From a virus (Duplodnaviria; Caudoviricetes): a stretch of 58,639 nucleotides of DNA. A program made the position numbers and the translations under genes. Where the stretch lies: positions 1-58,639 of the IMG/VR virus record IMGVR_UViG_3300025997_000012, one strand, 5' to 3'. Within the stretch, counting starts at the first letter, position 1; each line of letters opens with the position of its first letter. Under the pieces are notes generated by a model that was not told where the DNA came from, did no database searches, and saw only the letters and a list, made by a program, of their open reading frames with translations. Shown piece after piece: positions 20,113 to 29,182 of the stretch.

Positions 20113-20412
20113 ATTTTTTAAACTTCATTTTTCAATGCTGAACAAATTCTTTCAAGCATTGTTTCACTAATATCAATAGCTGTGTATAATGGGCATTGAA
20201 TTTTATTAATTAATATTTTAGCTGCTTCATATATATTAATATCTTCTTGAAGAAGAATCAATTCATAATTATTATCATTAATTAATTTATTGTTTTCATT
20301 TGAATTAATGATTTTTTTTATTATATTCAAGTTGTTTATAATCACCATCTGCAATAGTAATTTTAAAACTACCAGAATAAACATTTAAAAAAATCTCCGG
20401 ATAAAAGGTTTT

Positions 20413-20601
20413 TTAAAGAAAACCCATTTTTTTGTATATAACCGGATTTCGTTTAATATCTTCTCTTACTTTTTCAATAATTTCATCACGAGCTTCTTTA
20501 ATTAATTCCTTACGCTCTTTGATAGATTTTTCTGATAAAATTAATGCTCTAATTGCTCTGACATGTTGTTTCAATTCATCAGATTGGAATGTATACTCCA
20601 T
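20413..20601 (-). CDS. Small coiled-coil protein
   Basis: ORF with AGGA RBS; weak resemblance to T4 DsbA-type proteins. Confidence 0.55.
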   Translation of the reverse strand: MEYTFQSDELKQHVRAIRALILSEKSIKERKELIKEARDEIIEKVREDIKRNPVIYKKMGFL

Positions 20602-20621
20602 ATTTAATCCTTTAATTTTTA

Positions 20622-21060
20622 TTTAAAAGCTATATATCCAGAAGATTTAATAAATTCTTCATCTGGAACTACTCATTCAATACGTTCTTGTTCAATATGT
20701 GCACAAGTTATACAAGACTTTAATTAAGCTTTCATTACCAAACATAATATAACCAAAATCATTAGCAATTGAAAGGTCATATTTTTGAATTGTACCCAAG
20801 ATTGTTTCTTCCATTAAAAATTTAGTTGGGGTCAAATCGCAATTAGGAGTTAACAAATATAATTCATATGGTTCACCATTATCATATATATTTGAACTGT
20901 ATACATTTTTAACTGTGAATGTACCATTAACGGCAAATTCTCGAGCTTCTTTAGTATCGAAATAAGTGTTTTACAATTGTTTTGTAGTAGTACCAAAGTC
21001 TTTAGCAAATTCATCCCAATTTATTTTAACAATATCATTAACTTTAAATAAATCTTTCAT
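20622..21060 (-). pseudogene. Disrupted early gene
   Basis: MKDLFKVNDIVKINWDEF...KQL*NTYFDTKEAREF...: in-frame TAA at 20971-20973 and later lesions. Confidence 0.55.
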
Positions 21061-21068
21061 AATTTGTA

Positions 21069-21135
21069 CCTTTTTGTTTATTTGCTAATTTTATTATAAC
21101 TAATAAAACATAATATGTAAACAATAATTATTTTC
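21069..21135 (-). promoter_or_regulatory. Early promoter cassette
   Basis: Reverse complement GTTTACATATTATGTTTTATTAGTTATAAT. Confidence 0.85.
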
Positions 21136-21450
21136 ACAATTTTCCATTTATTTCATTAAGAATATCATTAACATTAACCATATAATTCTTTAAATTCTGT
21201 TAGTATACGTTGTTTTTCTTCGTGTAAATCATAGCTCACAAGAGAGTTTATCTAAAGTGTAGATATATTATTACGCAATAATTGTAATGTATTTTTCATG
21301 TCTAATGTTTCTTTTGATAGATTATCATTTTTATATTTAAAAATTTGACTTTGAATATGACTCTTATAATTATTATAAGATGTAATTACTTCTAATAATG
21401 CACTATTAATTCTGTCCTTTCTTATAAGTGATTTGATTAATACATTTGCA

Positions 21451-21648
21451 TTATCGTCTGTATAATGTATTAATCAAATCACTTATAAAGTCATTTACAG
21501 CATTATGAAATTCTTCAATTAAACTATCAATTGTTTCATCAACACTTTCAAATGTAACTAATACATCAATGTTACTGATTTTACCCCATAATGTACGACT
21601 TTCATAACAATATCGTATATAAGCAGTATATCCTTTATATTTTAACAT
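21451..21648 (-). CDS. hicB: HicB-like antitoxin (N-terminal domain only)
   Basis: MLKYKGY.A.I.Y......LWGKI.NI...VTFE....L.EEFHNAV.D pattern. Confidence 0.75.
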   Translation of the reverse strand: MLKYKGYTAYIRYCYESRTLWGKISNIDVLVTFESVDETIDSLIEEFHNAVNDFISDLINTLYRR

Positions 21649-21667
21649 ATGTTATCCTTCATAAAGT

Positions 21668-21741
21668 TGTACCCAGCGCAGGACTCGAACCCGCTGTCAT
21701 GACTTCGTAAACCCTTGGTTTATCCATTAACCGAACTGGTT
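21668..21741 (-). tRNA. Degenerate tRNA-Arg(ACG)-like
   Basis: Good T arm GCGGG-TTCGAGT-CCTGC and D arm; poorly paired anticodon stem; no CCA. Confidence 0.45.
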
Positions 21742-22288
21742 AATTATATTTTTATTGTAACATTAAAATTATGTTTTTATGATCAAAACTGTGTTGATTA
21801 TCCAATAATTTTCATCTCTTCTACTAATTACATCTATAATGTCATCTGTTTTTACATTGATTCTAAATGGTCTAATTTTTTTCATCTAAATCACGATAAT
21901 ACAAAAATTCACATAAATGATATTTACTCAACGAAATTATTGATTTTTGTTAATCAATAATATATAAATGTCTATTTTTAATTTTTTCTAAAATATGTTT
22001 TGCCTTTATTGTAACTCCTACCAAATTAAAGTAAATTTTTATTAAAAATATGATTAAATTTGTTCAAAATATCTGTTTCGGCCATAACAAATATCATAAA
22101 ATTGTTTACTATGATATATTATACTAAAAATTAAAACAAATGTAAATACTAATTTAACAGTATTTTTCTTCTTATTCGTTTACTGACATACAATCAAACA
22201 CATGTAATAAGTAACACTTTGGTTATATGATGTCTAATGTATAGTACACACAACTATTATTACATGACGTGAACGTACTTTTGAGAAT

Positions 22289-22363
22289 TGGTGCCTCGTG
22301 TTGGAGTCGAACCAACGACCTGTCGATTATGAGTCGATTGCTCTACCGTTAAGCTAACAAGGC
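22289..22363 (-). tRNA. tRNA-CAT, Ile2 (lysidine)-like
   Basis: GCCTTGT/ACGAGGC acceptor, TCGA-CTCATAA-TCGA, CCA end; resembles bacterial Ile2. Confidence 0.85.
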
Positions 22364-22364
22364 G

Positions 22365-22438
22365 TGGACCTGGCATCCGGAATCGAACTGGAATCTAAGG
22401 ATTTGCAATCCATTATACTACCGTTATACTATACCAGT
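22365..22438 (-). tRNA. tRNA-Cys(GCA)
   Basis: Loop TT-GCA-AA, U discriminator, CCA. Confidence 0.8.
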
Positions 22439-22450
22439 TTAAAATATTTT

Positions 22451-22506
22451 CCTTATTTATTAAATCTTTTATAACAATAAAACATAATATGTAAAGAATT
22501 ATTTTT
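22451..22506 (-). promoter_or_regulatory. Early promoter cassette driving tRNAs
   Basis: Reverse complement TTTACATATTATGTTTTATTGTTATAAA. Confidence 0.7.
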
Positions 22507-22525
22507 ATTATTTACATTTAAAAAT

Positions 22526-22608
22526 TGGTACTAGTATATGAACTCGAACTATCAATACCAAAGCGAGGGATTCTAAGTCCCTCGTGTATACCATTCCACC
22601 ACACTAGT
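22526..22608 (-). tRNA. tRNA-Leu(TAG), weak T stem
   Basis: ACTAGTG/TACTAGT acceptor, AGGGA-CTTAGAA-TCCCT, long variable region, CCA. Confidence 0.7.
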
Positions 22609-22620
22609 ATTATAATTAAG

Positions 22621-23040
22621 AGGGAGTTTGTTAATAAGGCATATCTCCCAACTTGAACTAAATCAGCCTCAACAGACTACGCTACTAAACGAGTCTGTGC
22701 AAAAGTATTATCATTTGCGTTTATCTTTAAAATGTATCTTATTTTACGTGCTTCAATCTTTACACGACTCTCAGGTGCACCGTACATTACCCTGTCGAAA
22801 CCAGTACATCCCCATCAAGAGCACACTTATGTGTAAAAATTATACAAACAGTTCACATAATAAATTAATAACTACTCCTGCTCCACATGTATTGGCTAGA
22901 TACAACATGTTTCCAAACTTATGAGGTCTGTTGTAGTCACTATCTGTTGTATATAATTACCCTATAATGTTATAAATGTGCTTTTGGTGGAGATGGGGAG
23001 AGTCGAACACCCGTCCAGACCAACTTTATACACCATCAAC
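22621..23040 (-). ncRNA. ssrA: Circularly permuted (two-piece) tmRNA; tag ANDNTFAQTRLVA*
   Basis: Acceptor piece ...GGACGGGTGTTCGACTCTCCCCATCTCCACCA (CCA at 22987-22985) precedes coding piece GGGGATGTACTGGTTTCGACAGGG (from 22813); G3-U70 pair; tag frame 22718-22677. Confidence 0.9.
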
Positions 23041-23755
23041 GAATTTTATAATTCTTTTAATATTGTTTAACATCTTTTGGCAAATAAGTTAAAATATTCA
23101 TCACTGAAATAACATAGAGATATAGTAATGTTGTCATAAAATATTCTGCATTAAATAACCCATATATTGCATAATATGGTCCAAGTAAAAATACCATATG
23201 TAACTATTACCGATGGCATTAATACTAACCAACATTTTAGGATTAAAAAACAATAGCTATTGTTTTACATGTAAGCCGTTAGTAATATAAAAAATATTAA
23301 TGTTATTAACATGTATTCAAATGCTGATTCAGTGATAATAACATAAATCAACTTTAATGTTTTTGGTTTCATTAATAAGTCTTTAAGTTCATTGATTCGT
23401 CTTTCACAATTATTAATTTATTCAGTGCTTCCTTTGTTAATATAATCATAAACTTTTTCTTCAGTGATTGATTTATATTCAACATTAGTGATTGTTTCTA
23501 CATGATAAACTTTATCATAGTGGTCTTATTTAGCTCCTAGATTTTCACTTTTAATATCTACAATAAAGTACTTATTATCAACTTTAACAAATGCACTTCA
23601 TCCATCACTATAATAGTCTTGACAGCAAGGTAAATATTAATCACTAACCTCTTTAAAATATGGTACAATATCTGATATAGTTTTTAATTCTACAATTTTA
23701 CTCATTTTATATTACTATTTAATTTACATTAATTTCAACAATTTATTCATTAAAT

Positions 23756-23831
23756 GAGGTAACCGAATGGATTTGAACCAAGTCTTGAGTGATTTTAGGT
23801 CACTTACCTCTACCAATTAGGTAAGATGGCA
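23756..23831 (-). pseudogene. Degenerate tRNA-like sequence (loop CCTAAAA)
   Basis: D arm, AGTGA/TCACT anticodon stem and GGTTCAAATCC present; acceptor stem unpaired. Confidence 0.5.
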
Positions 23832-23870
23832 TTATTTTTAAATATTCTTTTTAAAAACACTTAAAACTAA

Positions 23871-23944
23871 TGGTGGGTTGTAAGGGAATCGAACCCTTAT
23901 AGACCGGTTAAAAGCCGGATATTCTACCGTTGAATTAACAACCC
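23871..23944 (-). tRNA. tRNA-Lys(TTT)
   Basis: GGGTTGT/ACAACCC, CT-TTT-AA loop, CCA. Confidence 0.9.
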
Positions 23945-23951
23945 GAAAGTT

Positions 23952-24028
23952 TGGTGGATCGCTTGGGAGTCGAACCCAAAACCTACGGGTTAAAAGCCCG
24001 GTGCTCTATCCAATTGAGCTAGCATTCC
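23952..24028 (-). tRNA. tRNA-Lys(TTT)
   Basis: CGGG-CTTTTAA-CCCG, GGTTCGACTCC, CCA. Confidence 0.85.
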
Positions 24029-24085
24029 ATATATTAAATTGTGGGGATTTTTTACCAGCAAACATCTTTCGTTTCATTTATATTT

Positions 24086-24150
24086 CCTTTTTTGTTTATT
24101 TGTTAAATTTATTATAACTAATAAAACATAATATGTAAACAATTATTTTC
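24086..24150 (-). promoter_or_regulatory. Early promoter cassette inside tRNA cluster
   Basis: Reverse complement GAAAATAATTGTTTACATATTATGTTTTATTAGTTATAATAAATTTAACAAATAAACAAAAAAGG. Confidence 0.85.
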
Positions 24151-24197
24151 ACAATTTTTCATTTTTAAATATTCTTTTTCATAAAAACACTTAAAAA

Positions 24198-24272
24198 TGG
24201 TAGTTCTGTCAAGAATCGAACTTGAATTTCACGATTATCAGTCGCGGGTAATAACCATTATACTACAGAACT
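24198..24272 (-). tRNA. tRNA-Ile(GAT)
   Basis: AGTTCTG/CAGAACT, CGCGA-CTGATAA-TCGTG, CCA. Confidence 0.9.
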
Positions 24273-24274
24273 AT

Positions 24275-24349
24275 TGGTGTCAACGGTTGGTAACGATCCA
24301 ACCTATCTGGTTCTTCAGACCCGTGCTAATTCATCTCAGCTACATTGAC
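24275..24349 (-). tRNA. tRNA-Phe(GAA), atypical T loop
   Basis: GTCAATG/CGTTGAC, CT-GAA-GA loop, T loop ATCGTTA, CCA. Confidence 0.8.
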
Positions 24350-24351
24350 AT

Positions 24352-24429
24352 TGGAGTGGGTTTAGGGGATTCGAACCTACGAATAACGGATTCAAAGTCC
24401 GCTGCGTTAAACCACTTCGCCACATCCCA
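24352..24429 (-). tRNA. tRNA-Gln(TTG), aberrant 3' arm
   Basis: Identical to the next copy through the T loop; 3' strand CCCCTAAACCCACTCCA pairs poorly. Confidence 0.6.
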
Positions 24430-24435
24430 TTATTT

Positions 24436-24512
24436 TGGCTGGGACGGAAGGATTCGAACCTACGAATAACGGATTCAAAGTCCGCTGCGTTAAACCACTT
24501 CGCCACATCCCA
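24436..24512 (-). tRNA. tRNA-Gln(TTG)
   Basis: TGGGATG/CGTCCCA, GCGGA-CTTTGAA-TCCGT, GCCA end. Confidence 0.9.
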
Positions 24513-24518
24513 TTAATT

Positions 24519-24593
24519 TGGTAGCGGTGGAGGGACTCGAACCCTCGTCCATTAGGTTATGAGCCTAATAGTCTGCCGCTGACGTACACCGCG
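24519..24593 (-). tRNA. tRNA-Met(CAT), initiator-like
   Basis: CGCGGTG/CACCGCT with unpaired C1-U72, TTAGG-CTCATAA-CCTAA, CCA. Confidence 0.85.
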
Positions 24594-24600
24594 TTAATTT

Positions 24601-24676
24601 TGGTGCCGAAAGTAGGACTTGAACCTACAACCTACTGATTACAAATCAGTTGCACTACCAGTTGTGCTATTTCGGC
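24601..24676 (-). tRNA. tRNA-Thr(TGT)
   Basis: GCCGAAA/TTTCGGC, ACTGA-TTTGTAA-TCAGT, CCA. Confidence 0.95.
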
Positions 24677-24746
24677 TTAAACAATTATTAAATTTACTAT
24701 ATTTAAAAATACTATTTAATGTTATTTTAATACTCTTAAATATAGT

Positions 24747-24814
24747 TGGCCAGAATGATAGGATTTGAACCTGCACCTTCCAAGGCGAGAGAACTACCAT
24801 TATCTTACATTCCG
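24747..24814 (-). pseudogene. tRNA-Pro(TGG) pseudogene with deletion in anticodon arm
   Basis: CGGAATG/CATTCTG acceptor and T arm intact; 3' strand of anticodon stem missing. Confidence 0.6.
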
Positions 24815-24825
24815 ATTATCAGTGT

Positions 24826-24899
24826 TGGTCTCTCTGGAAAGAATTGGACTTTCATTTTACGGTCCCAAACCGTATGCATTACCATTATACTACAGAGAG
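24826..24899 (-). tRNA. tRNA-Pro(TGG)
   Basis: CTCTCTG/CAGAGAG, TACGG-TTTGGGA-CCGTA, CCA; T loop TCCAATT is atypical. Confidence 0.8.
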
Positions 24900-25111
24900 T
24901 TAGTTATCATATTTGTTTTCCGGGGATAACTAACTAATAATCAGAATAGTTATCCCTTAATAGGGCTTAACATAATTGTAATCTTCCTTTTTAATTTATT
25001 TCTAAACTTACACACATATTAAATACTTTATTCTTGTATATTTAATATTTATATATTATACAACACTTTTTATTAAATGTAAACCAATTTTTAATTATTT
25101 TTTATTTTATT

Positions 25112-25681
25112 TTAAGCAAAATCTGCTGGTGTAACATAATCTAATTCATTTAGGTTTACTAAATCATGATCTGATATATCCAAATGAAAAAATAGATTAG
25201 ACGTTGATTTAATCACAACACGATGATGATTATCAAAATATTTACTTAAATCATTATAATCAGTATATTCTATTAAACTACTAATATCTACAGCTTCGTT
25301 TCGTTCTTCTTTAATACGAATGTCTTCATTAACCGGAATATTTTCATTTAAGAAATTATTGAAATCATGAATACGTTCAAAATCATCTTTATCATAATTC
25401 TTAATCCGTTCAAGTGTTTCTATTAATTGCTTATCATCATTAAATCGTTCTATAACAGAATCAATAACATATCCATCAAAGTTTTTGCCTAATGGTTGAA
25501 TTGAGCCATTAAAAAGTTCAATCATAGTTGAACCGTCATTTGTTTCAATAATAGAATTTGAAAAAATAATATCACCTTCTTTAAGTATGATTTTACCATT
25601 AAGATAATTTTTTAAATACACATTTTTGGTCGTATCAATAACTGTACCAATCTTTATGTCTTTCATATCAGTCTCCTTCAA
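25112..25681 (-). CDS. Protein with N-terminal retention-module/FecR-like beta domain
   Basis: IGTV....VY......ILKEGDIIF....IET......IELFNGS...LG pattern. Confidence 0.5.
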   Translation of the reverse strand: MKETDMKDIKIGTVIDTTKNVYLKNYLNGKIILKEGDIIFSNSIIETNDGSTMIELFNGSIQPLGKNFDGYVIDSVIERFNDDKQLIETLERIKNYDKDDFERIHDFNNFLNENIPVNEDIRIKEERNEAVDISSLIEYTDYNDLSKYFDNHHRVVIKSTSNLFFHLDISDHDLVNLNELDYVTPADFA

Positions 25682-25874
25682 GTTCTTTAATTAAATCACT
25701 GTATTTGATATCGATTATGTGTGAATTATTATTATTATTACATTCACCACATCGAATACCAATATTCAACGATTCTTTTAAAGCATCCTTATTAATATCA
25801 GAATATTTCTCCATTAATTCTATTATATCAAAGTCTGTGACATTTGTACAGGCACAAACCAATCTTTTTTTCAT
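25668..25874 (-). CDS. BFD-like [2Fe-2S]-binding protein
   Basis: VCACTNVT...I...G.RCGEC. Confidence 0.8.
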   Translation of the reverse strand: MKKRLVCACTNVTDFDIIELMEKYSDINKDALKESLNIGIRCGECNNNNNSHIIDIKYSDLIKELEGD

Positions 25875-25879
25875 TTATT

Positions 25880-26323
25880 TTAAATTAATTCAAAATGCGG
25901 TAAATCATCGAAATTTTGATCAGTATATACATCATTTTTATCCCAATCTCCACCCCATCTTAAACTATGGAAAATCTTACCCTCACTTTTTAAACGTGCT
26001 GCTGTTGCTACCATTAAACCAGCTAAATAATAAAATCTTGCTGCATCCTTAGTATCACCCGAGAAAGCATTTGTACCTTTTTTGTATGGCATAACATCTA
26101 TAGCTCTAGATACACCTGATTCATCTGGTTGATGTTTAGAACGCTTATTAACACCGTCTAATGTTGACTTACCTGCTAAAAAGTATTCTAATTGTTTTTC
26201 AGCTGTTCGTACACCTTCAAGTACTGAAAAGTCATAAATTTTAATAACTTCTTCACAGATTTTAATGATGTCTCTATGACATGTATGTAATTGTTCTAAA
26301 CTGTTTTTACCAAAATTATACAT
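25880..26323 (-). CDS. Endolysin, M15 L-Ala-D-Glu peptidase
   Basis: EG.RT...Q, SKH.......AID, RWGGDW, D.PHFEL. Confidence 0.92.
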   Translation of the reverse strand: MYNFGKNSLEQLHTCHRDIIKICEEVIKIYDFSVLEGVRTAEKQLEYFLAGKSTLDGVNKRSKHQPDESGVSRAIDVMPYKKGTNAFSGDTKDAARFYYLAGLMVATAARLKSEGKIFHSLRWGGDWDKNDVYTDQNFDDLPHFELI

Positions 26324-26325
26324 AA

Positions 26326-26739
26326 TTATTTATCCTTTTTTGTTTGATTTGTAATTGATTTATCTTGTTTATCAGTTAGTTTTTCTTTGATAGCCTTTTC
26401 ATAGTAAAGGATTATGTTTTTTTGTTGTGTAATATATTTTCTAATTTCTGAAATGTTTATAGCTAAATTTTCATAATCATCTACACTAATAACAATATAA
26501 GTTAGCTTTGAATTTTCTTTAAGGAAGTTTATTTTAAATTCTTCATAATTTTTTTCTGTTACAACATAAAATCTTAAATAATTTAGTTGTAATTTAGATG
26601 GACGTGCAGCAATAGGTATGTCAGGTTTAACCATTTTATGTTTAGTAATGTATTCAGTTTTAGACGTTGTTGAACATGCTGTTCCAAGACTAATAATCAG
26701 TGATATTAGTAATATCTTGTAAAACTTTTTTAGAAACAT
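26326..26739 (-). CDS. Outer-membrane spanin (lipoprotein)
   Basis: Signal peptide with lipobox LGTAC; overlaps i-spanin; next to endolysin. Confidence 0.75.
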   Translation of the reverse strand: MFLKKFYKILLISLIISLGTACSTTSKTEYITKHKMVKPDIPIAARPSKLQLNYLRFYVVTEKNYEEFKINFLKENSKLTYIVISVDDYENLAINISEIRKYITQQKNIILYYEKAIKEKLTDKQDKSITNQTKKDK

Positions 26740-27082
26740 TATTGATTCCTTTTTCTATAAGTTGTGGTTTCTTTTCAATAATTAACGATAAGTTATGTTT
26801 ACGAAGATTATTTCTGAATTCAGCATTCTTTTCATCAGTTTCCTTTAACTTGATATTAAGTTCTTGTACATTTGCTTGCTGCTTAACAGTGTAATCTGAA
26901 AACACTTTAATTATTTTCTTATTGGATGTATTTACTTCTTTATATTGTTTAATAACAGCTTCTTGATTTACATTTTGTTCTATTAGTTCAGATATTCTGT
27001 TTTGTGTATCATTATAATAATATGTACAAATACCAACTAATGATAACACTAATAAGCCGATTATTATGTATTTGTTTAGCAT
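26690..27082 (-). CDS. Inner-membrane spanin
   Basis: N-terminal TM + coiled coil; late promoter at 27102-27109. Confidence 0.75.
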   Translation of the reverse strand: MLNKYIIIGLLVLSLVGICTYYYNDTQNRISELIEQNVNQEAVIKQYKEVNTSNKKIIKVFSDYTVKQQANVQELNIKLKETDEKNAEFRNNLRKHNLSLIIEKKPQLIEKGINNVSKKVLQDITNITDY

Positions 27083-27589
27083 AAATGTTTCCCCTTTATT
27101 TTATTTATATAAGGTAATCTGCATAATAATTTTCTACTGCTTTTAAAATTTGTTCATCATTAAATTCCATATTGCCAACCTTAAAAATAATATCAGTACC
27201 ATTTGAATATGCATTATTTACAATTTAAAGTTTTAGGAATAATATTACAGATGTGTCTTTCATTGTTGTAGTCATCATTCACTCCTTCAAAATATTAAAT
27301 AAATTTTTCGTGATAATCTTTTTCTAAATACCCATAATTATCATGTAATTGTTTAATGACACTATTGATGTATCTAATTTTATTTTGATTATTATCAATA
27401 ATAGTTTTATCTTTTGTGTAAAATTAAGAAGAATTGTTAAACATTTATTCATTTAAAATAACATCAAAATAATCAAATGTATAAAATCTATATAACTTGT
27501 ATGATTCAACATATAAAACGTATGTAGTGATTCCACTATTAATCTGCTATATGTATAGTAATACTTTAAGTTGCAACATTTCGCTGATA

Positions 27590-27958
27590 TTATAATATTT
27601 CTTCCGGATATTTATTGATTATATCTTTGTATTTTAATTCAAGTGATCTTGATTGTGTGTCTAACTCTTTAATTTTTCTTTTATTTTTTTCTATTTTATA
27701 TTCTAAGTTACACCGATTTTCATAGTAATTTTTACGCATTATTATAACATATTTTAATGAGGCGGCTTCTTCATTATCAGTAAGTGAATCAAGACTTTCA
27801 AGTGTTCTTGTATTATTATTTGAACAAAGTTTGAACCTATATTGTGTTTTATGACTTAATTTTTTACAACCTGTATATATGATTTTAATAATGCCTAGAT
27901 TACTAACGAAATAATATGTCTTATTAACATATAAATCTTTCTCTTCTATCTTATCCAT
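27590..27958 (-). CDS. Hypothetical protein ending KYPEEIL
   Basis: ORF; C-terminus resembles the YAEYLI family. Confidence 0.6.
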   Translation of the reverse strand: MDKIEEKDLYVNKTYYFVSNLGIIKIIYTGCKKLSHKTQYRFKLCSNNNTRTLESLDSLTDNEEAASLKYVIIMRKNYYENRCNLEYKIEKNKRKIKELDTQSRSLELKYKDIINKYPEEIL

Positions 27959-27968
27959 TGATTCTCGC

Positions 27969-28781
27969 TTATTGTTCAGTTATTGTTTTCTTAAAGTCTA
28001 TTGTTATATTTTTTGCTTCGATTTTTTCTATTAATGAAGGACTTATTAAATGTTCAGTGTAATTTTTGATAAACACTTTACTTATGTTGAAATATTCTTT
28101 GTATATGTCTATTCGTGATAACACAGCATCAGTTGAAATATAATCATTAATTACTAAAAACGGCGTATGAATATCACATGTTTTTGATAATGAACAACGT
28201 TTACATATTTGTTCATTAGCGTCTTTTTTACATTTTATAGAATGTAATTCATAAATTTCAATTAATGTATATTGCATTGATTCAACAATAACATCAGCGA
28301 TTCGTTTAAATACCACAATGAAATCTTTGTCGATAAGTTTAGTTAATTCAAGCAGAATAAATGCTGACACTTCTTTATGTAGTTTACCCCATATTTCAGT
28401 AAACATAGAATCAAAGAAATCTTTATGATCATTAAATATAATCGTTTCAATTTTGTCACTGGTTTTATTAGCCAATTCAATTATCATTTCAACACTTTCG
28501 ATATCAAACTTTGGTTTTTTATGATCACATAACATATCGATAAAGAAGTTTTCTGTTTCTGTTAAAAATCTTGACCATAAATCATATTCCAATAATAAAA
28601 TTTCTCTACGATCTTGATTAAAATAAAACCTGCCATTACCAATTTGATTTAATTGAAATGCTTGTACATTTTTAAATTTTTCCAATGCTTTACTAGATTC
28701 AATTCTAAAACCGATACTATTAGAATGAAATTGATAATTATATAAAAAGTTTTTATAACGTTCTGTTGCTTTTGGCATCAC
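27969..28781 (-). CDS. Hypothetical protein, late operon
   Basis: 270-aa ORF coupled (GTGA overlap) to upstream TM protein. Confidence 0.7.
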   Translation of the reverse strand: MMPKATERYKNFLYNYQFHSNSIGFRIESSKALEKFKNVQAFQLNQIGNGRFYFNQDRREILLLEYDLWSRFLTETENFFIDMLCDHKKPKFDIESVEMIIELANKTSDKIETIIFNDHKDFFDSMFTEIWGKLHKEVSAFILLELTKLIDKDFIVVFKRIADVIVESMQYTLIEIYELHSIKCKKDANEQICKRCSLSKTCDIHTPFLVINDYISTDAVLSRIDIYKEYFNISKVFIKNYTEHLISPSLIEKIEAKNITIDFKKTITEQ

Positions 28782-29182
28782 TTTAACTCCCTATTGCCAA
28801 ACTTATCACTACTGCGATTATACATCAAATGGCCATGGAATTGATCTAGAATTTGTTTAATATATGTAATATCATGTTGTATGTCTTTAAGTTCTTTAAT
28901 ATTATTATCGGATATTAAATCAACATTATTAATTTTTTGTGTAATATTATCCAATCTTTTTAAAATAATATCACTTTTAACTTTGGTTTTATTTACTTCA
29001 ATTCTTGTATTTTCTTTAATTTTTTGTACATGCTCCTCAAAATTTTCATTTTTTGGTAACTTAGAAAATATCTTCGTATATAATAACACAAGTAAAATTA
29101 TTATAATTATAGCTAAACCTATCGTTGGTGAAACATTTCCCACTGTCATCATTTCAACAAATTTTATTATTAGATTTTCCAT
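28778..29182 (-). CDS. Single-TM protein, holin candidate
   Basis: Hydrophobic segment IGLAIIIIILLVLLY + coiled coil; TATAAATA at 29198-29205 and 29212-29219; upstream of lysis genes. Confidence 0.45.
   Translation of the reverse strand: MENLIIKFVEMMTVGNVSPTIGLAIIIIILLVLLYTKIFSKLPKNENFEEHVQKIKENTRIEVNKTKVKSDIILKRLDNITQKINNVDLISDNNIKELKDIQHDITYIKQILDQFHGHLMYNRSSDKFGNRELK

Noticed and set aside
22177-22276. Hairpin CATGTAATAA...TTATTACATG downstream of tRNA-Ile2 as an ncRNA
   Set aside because: Single AT-rich stem with no second copy or recognisable motif; insufficient support
22628-22924. 98-aa plus-strand ORF
   Set aside because: Antisense to the tmRNA; no RBS or recognisable motif
24197-24937. 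ORFs 24197-24469 and 24746-24937
   Set aside because: Antisense shadows of tRNA genes
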